Below are positions 37,024 through 47,354 of a stretch of 47,354 bases of DNA, piece after piece. The stretch is from Octopus bimaculoides. Its lineage: Eukaryota. The notes under the pieces were generated by a model. It searched no databases and was not told the origin of the DNA. It worked only from the letters and a program-made list of their open reading frames with translations. The stretch spans positions 49,761,692 to 49,809,045 of the forward strand of contig NC_068992.1 of assembly GCF_001194135.2 (NCBI RefSeq). Reading direction: 5' to 3'. The translations under genes were made by a program, and so were the position numbers. Numbering within the stretch: the stretch's first letter is position 1; every line of letters begins with the position of its first letter.

Positions 37024-37869
37024 TTCTTAGTTGTTTTTGTTTTTGTTTTACTGATCACTAAAGGATAAATATGATGAGCTGATCGTTGCCAGGTTTTGAA
37101 CAATCTCAGAACCTAGACAGTCAAGACCTAACACTGTAAATCGGTCAATCTGCTATTTCCGTATCACTCTTCCACTCAAAGAATGCCTTGGCTATCAAAG
37201 AGGTCTGTTATCAAAATGAGGAATCAAAGACTCTGTTATTAAAGTCAATCATTATCAAAGACAAAATTATGTTAAGAAATAATTGCTAAAATGACAAGGT
37301 TATATACCAATTCTGATAGCTGCAATTACTAAGAACAACCGAAAGGAACAAAGCAAGTGCTAATTATGCTTCGATTTCTTCCTTTAAGGAGAATTGAAAT
37401 TGTCCAGATGGTCCAATAAGCTTCCAGTTACTTCCCATGATCAGTATTATTTATTCTTTACATGTATTCTTTACTCTTTGCTGGTTGGTCACCACAAGAG
37501 ACGACTTCTGATAACTATAATTTGAAACTTGTTCTCTGCCTTATAATTTCAAGCTATTACTGCTGCTCATGATGATGATTATGATGATGATGATCTGTAA
37601 CCTAGAATCAAAGCCACACATCTTTTAGAGGTGATGAACAGTCTATTAGACTGATCTCCTCATTATATGACTGGTACCTTATTTTTGTCAACCCTGGAAG
37701 GTTAAAAGTCTGAGTTAATATCTGGTCATTCATGTTATGCTCAGCTCTCTCATATTTCAGCAAATTTACTTTAAAAAATGCATATTCCTTCTCCATGACT
37801 AACAGGAAAAAGTTGGTGAGGGCAAGGCTGGAAAGGAGAAGTGTTTGCTTTCAGTGCTTTTAGCTTTGT

Positions 37870-39150
37870 TTATCATTCAATTTCTTTCAATATGGCCACC
37901 AGAAATTGACTTACCTTCTCAATCAAAGGCTCTGTGCACCTCGTAGACAAACCTGGCTGAGAATACTTCCCTGTTTGTAGAATTTTACCCCAAACTGGCA
38001 ATACCATGTTTAGGGCTTCTTGAAACTGGATTTCTTGAAATTGTTCACAATCCTTGGCTTAAAAGTGCTTTCAGAAAGCCTATTCAATCGATCTTCGCCA
38101 ACGCCATAAGTCAAGAAGAGACACTTGGTTTACTGATTAGGTTGTTGGACTCATGATCATAAGATTGTGGTTTCGATTCCTGGACCAGGCAATGCATTGT
38201 GTTCTTGAGCAAAACACTTCAATCCACTCAGTTGGTAAAAATGAGTAATCCTGTGACAGACTTGTCCCATCCAGGGAGGAACATACACACCAGAGAATTC
38301 AGGAAACCTGTTCTATGCTCCTCATGAAGTAATGTAGACCAGCCAACACCTTAAGTCTCCCTCAGAACCTTGTTGTGCTAGCCCACCATTAATTGTCTTT
38401 ATAAAGTAATGTCTAGAGATAGGAATTGTTCTACCAACATCCCACCAAATACATTTTCTAACTAGTAGAGAACTGAGAGTGTCTGGTAATGTTCTAGATG
38501 CCAGTCACTCAATCTTGGGTTTCTCTTCATCCAAGATTACAGCTTCCTTAATGAGACAATCTATGTGAAGATATACAGGTCAAGTAACAACAACATATTC
38601 TCATGTACAGAAAATCTCTAGAGATGCAGTTGATTGGCTTCTTGCTGAAACATCTTCAACTACAGTGCACATTCCAACCCATCTACCAATCCTTCTACAA
38701 GAGTGTACTGGCGGCAGATTTCATTCTGACCAGTGGAACATGTTTCCACAAGAAGTAAAAGCAAAGATGCACCAATTTGATCAGACGGTAACTTGTATAC
38801 AGCATGAATGATAGTGGGTAATGAATACCAGAGTTGATGTATGTGTTTGCCACCTCAGCTTGACTTTCTAGGGAAAGCTTTCTTGCTGATCCTTTCTTGG
38901 TGAGAGCAGTCACCCTCCTTGGAGTCTACTCCCTCTTCCTATTCATTTTGAGAGCTAGCCCTGTCCAGATCCCAAGCATTTTAACAGCCCCTTTAATGCA
39001 GGAAGCCATGACCCTGGCTGATAGGGTCTTGGCTAGAGTAATGTGTGCATCTATTACCCTTTCACATTCTTTCAGTGTGGTGCCAACCACCTGAATTTCG
39101 GTGGTGTTTGACAACATCAGGGTGGCCTTGTACGCATAAGAAAACCCCAT
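37870..39150 (-). mobile_element. Degenerate L1/Tx1-clade LINE ORF2 relic (RT C-terminus and thumb), interrupted by a SINE at about 38118-38300
   Basis: Minus-strand peptides SYAYKATLMLSNTTEIQVVGTTLKECERVIDAHI (decayed YADD region), VKMLGIW and RKLSLESQAEVANTYINSGIHY..FYFLWKHVPLVR resemble the Tx1 pattern VKILG-WF...RKLSL-GR--V-N-YI. Stops and frameshifts are present. Confidence 0.65.
38118..38300 (+). mobile_element. tRNA-derived SINE (family V-related) inserted in the Tx1 relic
   Basis: GGACTCATGATC..AAGATTGTGGTTTCGATTCCTGGACC...TTGTGTTCTTGAGCAAAACACTT. Confidence 0.6.
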
Positions 39151-40330
39151 ATATCTACACTTATCTTTTCCAGTATACTAATTAGTGTACTGACTTACTT
39201 TATTTCAGTGGCTGCAGGGTACTCCTTACATCCTACATTCTACTCCATACTCCCCATTTCATGTAGGCTACTCCTTACTCCTTTTAACAGAACACTTCAT
39301 TTAGAGTTCTTGTGAATTTCAAGATAATTTCTTAGAATAGTTATTAGTTTTCTTTGTTACATATAATGTGTATGTATGTAAATGTACTCACCTATGTTTG
39401 TATACATGTATGCATCTCTGTATATGTATATGAATATATGTGTATGTATGTGTGTGTGTATGTATATATGTATATACATAAATATATATATATATACATA
39501 CACACGCACATATATATGTGCATGCTTTATGTGATTATATTTAGTGTTGAAATAGGAGAAGAGACAATACAATATTTCTTTAATTACATCTGATCTATAA
39601 TTAGTCAGCAAAAACATAATTATGAAAAAAAAATCTCACAAAAACTGACTATCTAGCTGTTTTTAATTGTTTTTATTGATTTTCTTGGTGATAATTTCAT
39701 ATAAAACTGAAATTCTATATGCACACTTTCACAAATACATATATACACACACACACATGCACACACACACACACACACACATGCATACACACATATACTC
39801 CCCACACACACACATCATACATATATGACATACAAAAGCACTTGCACAAACACACACATGTGATGAAGTAGTTGGTGATACTCAGATTTTCTCATCACGT
39901 GCATTCAACCTTGATGCTGTCTGATTGAATGCACATGACATGAATCTCTTGAGGAGCAATATAATTGAACAGAAATTTCCTCATTAATTAAGACAAACTC
40001 TACAGCCATTGTTGAGCATTACCTCATTTCATTTGTAAACAAAAACATATATAAATACACACCAGTACACCTATGTATCTAACCATCCATTCATCTATCT
40101 ATCCATCTAATCATCTATCTATCAGTCTATCTTTCTCTCTGTCTGGTCATCTCTCTGTATACCTATCCATCCATCCATCCATCCGTGGTCTATCTATCTC
40201 TATATGTATCTGTCTATATACATAAATATGTATATCTGCATGTGTTTGTGTGTGTGTGTGTATGTATGTGTGTTTCTGTGTGTGAGTGTATGTGTGTGTG
40301 TTTTTATATATATATATATATGTATATATT

Positions 40331-40539
40331 GCCAGTACTGCCTGATTGGCCTTCGTGCGGGTGACACGTAAAAGCACTCACTACACTCTCTGAGTGGTTG
40401 GCGTTAGGAAGGGCATCCAGCTATAGAAACTCTGCCAAATCAGATTGGAGCCTGGTGTTGCCATCCAGTTTCACCAGTCCCCAGTCAAATCGTCCAACCC
40501 ATGCTAGCATGGAAAGCGGACGTTAAACGATGATGATGA
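40331..40539 (+). mobile_element. Family A repeat
   Basis: GGCGTTAGGAAGGGCATCCAGC...GGAAAGCGGACGTTAAACGATGATGATG. Confidence 0.78.
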
Positions 40540-40564
40540 ATACAAACTTACATATATGAATGTG

Positions 40565-40598
<34 letters not shown>

Positions 40599-41173
40599 AA
40601 TACATACATACACACACATATATGAATGCATGTGTGTGTGTGTACAATGTACTGTTTTGTTCTGGGTGGGAATCAACAAATAAAAACAATAAAAAGTCTT
40701 CCATCCAGTGAGAGATAAATATCATTTAACATACATGTTTGTTTAAACCCCATCTCACTTCTTGTTTTGATTATTGCTTTTATAAAAACAACAACAACAA
40801 CAGCAAAAAACAATAAAGCTTAGTAGTTCTAACTGAAGTGGTAATTGCAGAATTGCCCTGGAAAGAAAGGAAAATATAATCTTATTAATATTATTATCTG
40901 AGTGGAACCAAATAGGAAGTCTGTTCTACCAAGTTACTAATTGCTTAAATAAGCAAATTTTGTTCTATCTACTCTGATATGATCAACATTTTCTATCATC
41001 AAATTTCATAGTGGTGCTTGTGTAAGTGCTGGCGCCTTCTTAATTGATCAAATTCTTCCAGTTCTTCAGCAGCTCATTAGAATTTGTTGCCATTTTCAGT
41101 GATATGGAATGATGATAATATTGATTAATTTCTTCTTATGCTGTGTTAGAATGGCTCAAATTTTCCAGATGAA

Positions 41174-41242
<69 letters not shown>

Positions 41243-41244
<2 letters not shown>

Positions 41245-41608
41245 CAGGGTGCGATGGGTAAATTATCACCATTTTATATTTTTCATTTCTTGCATGCACA
41301 TTGTTTTTGATTTTTGTCAACTACACAGTATAGTAGGGTCAGTTTGGCACTGTCTGTGAGAAAAACAGTACCATGATGCAATTCACTCTGCCAGTAATTT
41401 AGAAACGACATGCTGTACTGCTTAGTGTTCACACTGGAAGCTCCAATACAAACTTTTCAGAGTGTTCGGATGTCAATCTGAAGACAGTGCATGTACCAAG
41501 AGTGATAAAAATCAAACATCCAGTCATCATCATGATGTTTGGAGTGATCACTAGTGATAGCGACATCATGCCTCTGTTCATCTTCCCACACGGCCTCAGA
41601 CTCAACAC
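41243..41608 (+). mobile_element. Internally deleted Tc1/mariner element (maT/DD37D-like), left end
   Basis: Begins TA-CAGGGTGCGATG, a Tc1/mariner-type terminus. It contains VIKIKHPVIIMMFGVITSDSDIMPLFIFPHGLRLNT, similar to the K-KHP-SVMV-GV-S--G--MP--F-P-GLR-N motif of DD37D transposases. Confidence 0.7.
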
Positions 41609-41610
41609 AC

Positions 41611-41877
<267 letters not shown>

Positions 41878-42397
41878 CAACTATATTACTACTTCCTTTA
41901 TTTGTTGATGTTTGGGTGAGTCTAAAATTTCTTTCAGCTGCTCTGTGATCATCATTGTTTTAATGTCCACTTTTCCATGCTTGCATGGGTTGCACAGAAT
42001 TTGTTAAGGTGGATTTTCAACAACTGGATGCCCTTCCTGTTGCTAACCTTCACCTGTTTCCAAGCAAGGTAATAGTTCTCCATAGCCAAACATGTTTGCA
42101 GAAAATATTGGAAGCGAAGGACACCATTTGCATGATGGTGGAATTCGTTTCCAAGTATTATGTGAAATCAAGGCAAGGAGACTGTAATACACACACACAC
42201 ACACACACACACATGTAGACATACAGAGAGACACGCACACATACACACACACATTCATTCATTCATTGGATTAATTAGTGTGTTGAGTAAAGCATATTCA
42301 CAGTTTGTCTTCCACAATTGGGTTATAGTTTCCCTGGCTCTATGCCAGGAATTCTGCAGTGTTAGTTGAGATAATAATGTGTGTGTGTGTGTGTCTG

Positions 42398-42540
42398 ATT
42401 TCTTTCAGTTTCCATTTATCAAATCCACTCACAAGGCTTTGATTGGCCTGGGGCTTAATTAGAAGATACACTTGCCCAATGTGGGACTGAATCCAAGACA
42501 AAGTGCTCGGGAAGTAAACTTCTTACCACACAGCCACACC
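42398..42540 (-). mobile_element. SINE family C
   Basis: TTTCTTTCAGTTTCC...AAATCCACTCACAAGGCTTTG...CACTTGCCCAA...CTTCTTACCACACAGCCA. Confidence 0.62.
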
Positions 42541-43552
42541 TATACCTGACAAATATTTATGGAGTAACTGTAGAATATCTTATCAACAAAATATAAGCAG
42601 ATGAAGTAAATTTACAAATCACTATAATAGAATATTTGATTCATATGGTTGGCTTACCAAATAACTAGAAATTCACGATTTTGTCAATGTATTGCAGGGA
42701 ATTTCTTTATAACAATGAAGAACTGGCAGACAATTTGTTTCAGTATCTTCATAGTTGTGAATTCCAGGATTGGGAGAAAATATCTAATATGGGTATTTGG
42801 CGATGATAATGCATCTAGTTTTCGGGTTTTTTTGTTTTTGTTACTATGATGTTTTATGTTTAAGTTGGCTGCTAAAATTGCCATCTTAGATGTGCTTACA
42901 TTGGCATCAATAGGAATTATATTCTCATCTGTCTCAATTTTCCCACGAATAATCTGGAAATCTATGAGGCAAATGGCCCACAACTTATATGTTCTCTTCA
43001 GTAGCCATGTAATTTTATTGAGAACATTAAAATGTTATTATACCTCAGCAAATGTTGAAAACTTTGACACAACAAAAGGGGAATATAAAGCTACATATAT
43101 AAGGGAAAAAAAAATATAATAAACTGAATAATTTTCAATTTGAAAAGCATTCAGGCATAAATGAAGGCAAATATTGTGTGAAAATAAAAAGTAAAGAATG
43201 GATACTTTAAAAGAATTTTTTAAATTGCTTTTTGAAAACATTTAAACATTATGAACATGATTGAAATCATTACTGCATCTTCAGAGTCAGCTATATGGTC
43301 TATAGTAGCTATCAAAGAATTGGTTAAAGCCAAATATGAAGATAATAAGCTATATTTTGCCTTGGTAAAATGTAGCCCTGAGTGAAGTTGGGCAGGAAAA
43401 GCAGCACCAATTGGTCTATGGAGACAAGTCATGACATGATGAACTCTGAGAAAAACAACCAAGAATTTTGTTAACCTGGGTATTTTCTGTAACTCTTGCT
43501 ACATTATCACAGAGTATACTTTTATATTATATCCTACTACAACATCCTTCTC

Positions 43553-43890
43553 GTCGTCATTATCATTTAACATCCATTTTCCCTGCTGAAATAGGTTGGA
43601 CGGTTTGACAGAAGCTGGCCAGACAGAGAGCTACACCAGGCTCCAGTTGTCTGTTCTGGCATGGTTTCTATGTCTGGATGCCTTTTCTAATGCCAACAGC
43701 TTCACAGAGTGTACTGGGTGCTTTTCATGCGGTACCAGCACCAATGCTATTACATGACACCAGCACAGGTGCTTTACATGTGATACTGGCACAGGTGCTT
43801 TTTATGTGGCACCAACATGGGTGCCCTTTGTGTGGCACTCACATGGGTGCTCTTTATGGGTGCTTTTCATGTGGCACTGGCACTAATAAT
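43553..43890 (-). mobile_element. Family A-related repeat, diverged
   Basis: CATTTAACATCCATTTTCC...GGTTGGACGGTTTGAC...CTGGATGCCTTTTCT, followed by short GGCAC/GGTGC subrepeats. Confidence 0.6.
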
Positions 43891-45145
43891 AATCATTGGG
43901 ACATTTGGTTTTTCTTTGCCTTTCATCATAGCTGAGACATTAAGTACAGTAATACTCTGGAGTGATTCAATGGACAATAACAATTTCCGTAGTGAAATAA
44001 TAAAGAGTGAATGCATGCAAGATCTGAAGAAATAAATAATTTGCATAACAATGGAGAACTGAGTTAAGAAGCAAACCAATTACATCGACATGGCAACTGA
44101 ATTAGAATCAAATCTTTATTGCACGGAAGGAGAAAAGAAAAAAAAATTCTACTCATTGTGTTTGTAATCGGTGCAGCAACAATGGTATCATAATCACTTC
44201 TGTAAAGACAACAGCAGCAACAGCATCAAGATTCTACTAATGAATATAAGCCTAAGAAATTTCTTGACACGGTTTGTAAATATGTAGTCTAACCTTGAAC
44301 TTTTATAATACGTTATTCAACATAGAGCTGGAATTTTTTTCAAGATCTAGTGATATAACAAAAGAAAATATTGATATATTCCTTATTCTTCATTACAACA
44401 ATACCACCACCTTCACCATTAATGATAATAACAACAATAAGAATTAATAATAATAATAATAATGATAATAATGATGATGATTGCAAGAAAATTTGTGTAA
44501 GATGATATCTTTTATAAGTTACATATTTTCTTCTTCTTTATGAGAGTGACTAAATATATTTTGCGGTTTTACATTCTTACATTAAGTAAAAAGTTCTAAA
44601 GGATGCCATTCTGATATTTCCTGCTAGTCTTCCAGAAGAGAAACTAGGAAATGGAGATGGAAGTCTTCAGACTAAGTGTGTTTTATCTTAAATTTCGCAA
44701 CATCAAACTACTTATTGACTTATTCAAAGAAATTTAACGTGTTCTTTCTTTGAAATGGGTCAGACATCTTCGAACTATAATGTGCTGCAATTATACACTG
44801 ATGCTACATTCAAATAATATCAACTCAATGTATACACACACAATGAATATATATACATTCTCTCTTCCTTTTTTTATTCTGTTTTCTTTCTCCACACAAA
44901 CACACAAACATATTACAAGCATGCAAACACACTACACATACATATACATGCACACACATACAAAAACATGCATACATATGCACACATAAACATGCACATA
45001 CACACATGCAAACACATGTATGTAGTGAATTTCTTAATAAATTTGCTAAAATATGCAAATATGTATTCACCTTAATGAATTTATTAACCATGCACTTGCA
45101 TGTGTATACATACAGATGAGTACACAAACACAACACACAGACATA

Positions 45146-45416
45146 TACTGGATGTTTGATTTTTATAACTCTCAGTTCATGTTCGTATTCGAGCTTCCAG
45201 CTCTTTGTATTGGAGCTTCCATTGTGAATACCAAGCAGGACAGCATGTCGCTTCCAAATTTCTGGCAGAGTGAATTGTGTCATGGTGTTGTTTTTCTCAC
45301 AGACGGTGCCCAACTGACCCTACTATACTGTGTAGTTGACATAATCAAAAACAAACAATGCGTTTGCACGAAATTGAAAATATAAAATGGAGACAATTTA
45401 CTCATCGCACCCTGTA
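45146..45416 (-). mobile_element. Second copy of the same deleted maT-like element, inverted relative to 41243-41608
   Basis: Reverse complement begins TACAGGGTGCGATGAGTAAATT and aligns with the + copy. It encodes MTQFTLPEIWKRHAVLLGIHNGSSNT...RVIKIKHPV. Confidence 0.72.
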
Positions 45417-46811
45417 CACACACACACACACACACACACATATAGATATATTGGTTTTTGCCAATCAAAAGTATCTCGTGATTTAAATTTCCCTTTTTTA
45501 GGTGGCAGTGACAGAGTTGAATGAATTCTCAGTATATTACCGGTGCAATTTTATCAGAGTTTCAGAGAGAAGAAAATTTAAGCCCACAGTAGTATTTGGG
45601 CTAAGATACAGCACACACTTGCTCGTAAATAGGTGATAAAAGAAAACAAATCCTAAATTTTAGAACATTAGATGTGGGTTGATGTGACACAGAGCTTTGA
45701 GGTCAACTGATATTAAATTAAAGATGTTTATTCTTTTCTCAAATATAGTTCTGTAAATGAAATGAAATTGAGCAAACCAGGAATTGCCTACCTTTCTGCA
45801 TTACATAATCAAAAACCACTATTTGAATCAATCTTATAAGCCTTCAAAGATATCATATTGTTAATGTTTTTCATTTAGCCTCATTTCATGTTTACACTTA
45901 ATTTTTCGTTTAGTGAAACCTCCATGAAACAGTGGAACATTTACATCTTCCCGATATACTTCACAAATTGCCAAATTTATCAGTTTGGCAATCTGTGAAG
46001 ACTATCAGAAAATGTAAATGGGTATGAGGCCAAATCATTTAGCTCTTCAAATCGTTCAGCTCACCTTGCCATATGTAAACAACTATAGTTTGCTTGGAAC
46101 AACTTTATACTCTAAGCTAGGGCTCTCAAATCACTGGGCCACACAAAAAGAATAAAGTTTAAAATTTTATTTGTTTTATTCACTATCACAGACTGCAGGA
46201 TGTTTCCACATTATTTTGGTAATATGTATGTAATATATGTGCAACTTAATAACTCAGCAAAAGATATTGACAGAATAAGTACTAGGGGTGATTTGTTTGA
46301 TTAAACCCTTCAAGGTGGTGCCCCAGCATGACCACAGTCCAATCAGTGAAACATGTAAATGAATAATATTAAAAGAACGCAATGTTGTTATTGCTCGATC
46401 CTATGTCAGCCTACATCAGTTAAATCTCTGATCAAAAGTGTTCCACCCATGACAATCCCGTGTTTTTCTGTATAGATATTCTGCACCAAGACTACATTAT
46501 CTAACATACTCTTCTTCTTAAGATAGCAGAATGTGCCTTGTGGGAGATTTGGCTGCTGTTTCCAGCAGGTCGACTGACCACATAGAGGCTTACTCTTTGA
46601 ATAATAGAAGAAGAATTATAGCAGCCATTCTAAACTCAGCAGCAGCTGTATTAATTTCTTATCATATTCTATTCTTTTAAGCATTTCAGCCATGCAGCTG
46701 TCGTCATGCTGGAGGGAAAGATGTATATGTATTTTTGAATTTTACCTCATATTTCTATTCTCATATATTTCTCTAAACATTTAAATTTTCATGTTTTAAA
46801 TTTGTTTTCAG

Positions 46812-46856
46812 GACGAGAAAAACCAAGTTCTAACCACAGCGGTATGGATTTATGAG
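46812..46856 (+). CDS. nAChR-like subunit, 45-bp exon (equivalent to exon 3), DEKNQVLTTAVWIYE
   Basis: Acceptor tttgttttcag| and donor |gtaaat. Phase 0 on both sides, so it continues QILDL|DEKNQ. A 45-bp DEKNQ exon is a conserved feature of nAChR genes. It is too short for the ORF track. Confidence 0.93.
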
Positions 46857-47010
46857 GTAAATCATTTTTGTTTTTTTGCTATTTAAATTCCAATAGGCAA
46901 CAGTTAGTTTCTTGAAGTGCTAATAACTTTTAATTTGCTTTCTATTACATAATCTATAGGTTTTAATATGGCAATGTAATCAGTATGTATATATATATAT
47001 ATATATATAT

Positions 47011-47354
47011 GTCACCTACCGCTCCGGCAGACACTCTAGCCAAATCGACTACATCCTCGCCAGAAATAGGGAAAGAGGGCGGCTTATAAATGCCAAAACC
47101 TACCCTGGCGAAGAATGTACCCCACAACATAGATTAGTAGTTAGCGACTTTGGGATCAAGGCAAAATGGGTGCCCAGAATTAGACAGGCTTGGAGGAGAA
47201 GGGTGTGGAAGCTTAAAGACCCTGCAAACGGACAGAGACTTAGAGACAAGTTACTTGAAGCATTTAACGAAATAGAAGGGGATATAGCATCATACAACGT
47301 GGAAGACAATTGGAGATTTCTGCGGGACAACCTGTTGAAAGCCACCGACCAGAT
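47011..47354 (+). mobile_element. RTE-clade LINE ORF2 fragment (C-terminal part of the AP endonuclease), 5'-truncated, runs off the window
   Basis: 114 stop-free codons from 47011: VTYRSGRHSSQIDYILARNRERGRLINAKTYPGEECTPQHRLVVSDF...VWKLKD...W. TY-SG---SQIDYIL and QHRLVV are APE motifs typical of RTE elements. It starts abruptly after a (TA)n tract and GC content rises. Confidence 0.88.

Noticed and set aside
42684-43462. Possible CR1/L2 reverse-transcriptase relic on the minus strand (FTKAK..LTNSL..FQKAI; MAILAANLNI)
   Set aside because: The motif similarity is too loose to support without a profile search.

Overview
AT-rich, microsatellite- and SINE-dense animal DNA with three N-gaps (10735-11443, 28291-28733, 35428-35527). 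The repeat landscape looks like an octopus or other coleoid genome, which is an inference. The only host gene I can support is a + strand nicotinic acetylcholine receptor-like (Cys-loop) subunit, seen as two exons: 11659-11810 (GRSRINQYHGVERRLFAQLFDNYNSLSRPVRNASSTVSVDFGLSLNQILDL) and a 45-bp exon at 46812-46856 (DEKNQVLTTAVWIYE), joined in frame across a 35,001-bp GT-AG intron. Nearly all other ORF-track entries are microsatellite or repeat noise. The rest of the window holds three SINE families, an RTE-type 3'-tail repeat family, an uninterrupted RTE endonuclease fragment at the right edge, and relics of Tx1/L1, mariner and maT elements. Most worth following up: (1) a minimal, dimer-type hammerhead ribozyme motif in a Penelope-like terminal repeat; (2) an orphan splice unit at 32482-32550 that reads as a signal-peptide exon, a poison exon or a recursive splice site; (3) six local hairpins/foldbacks plus concentric inverted repeats around exon 2, which are candidate dsRNA substrates for editing, small RNAs or back-splicing. 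Repeat boundaries are approximate and were read by eye.
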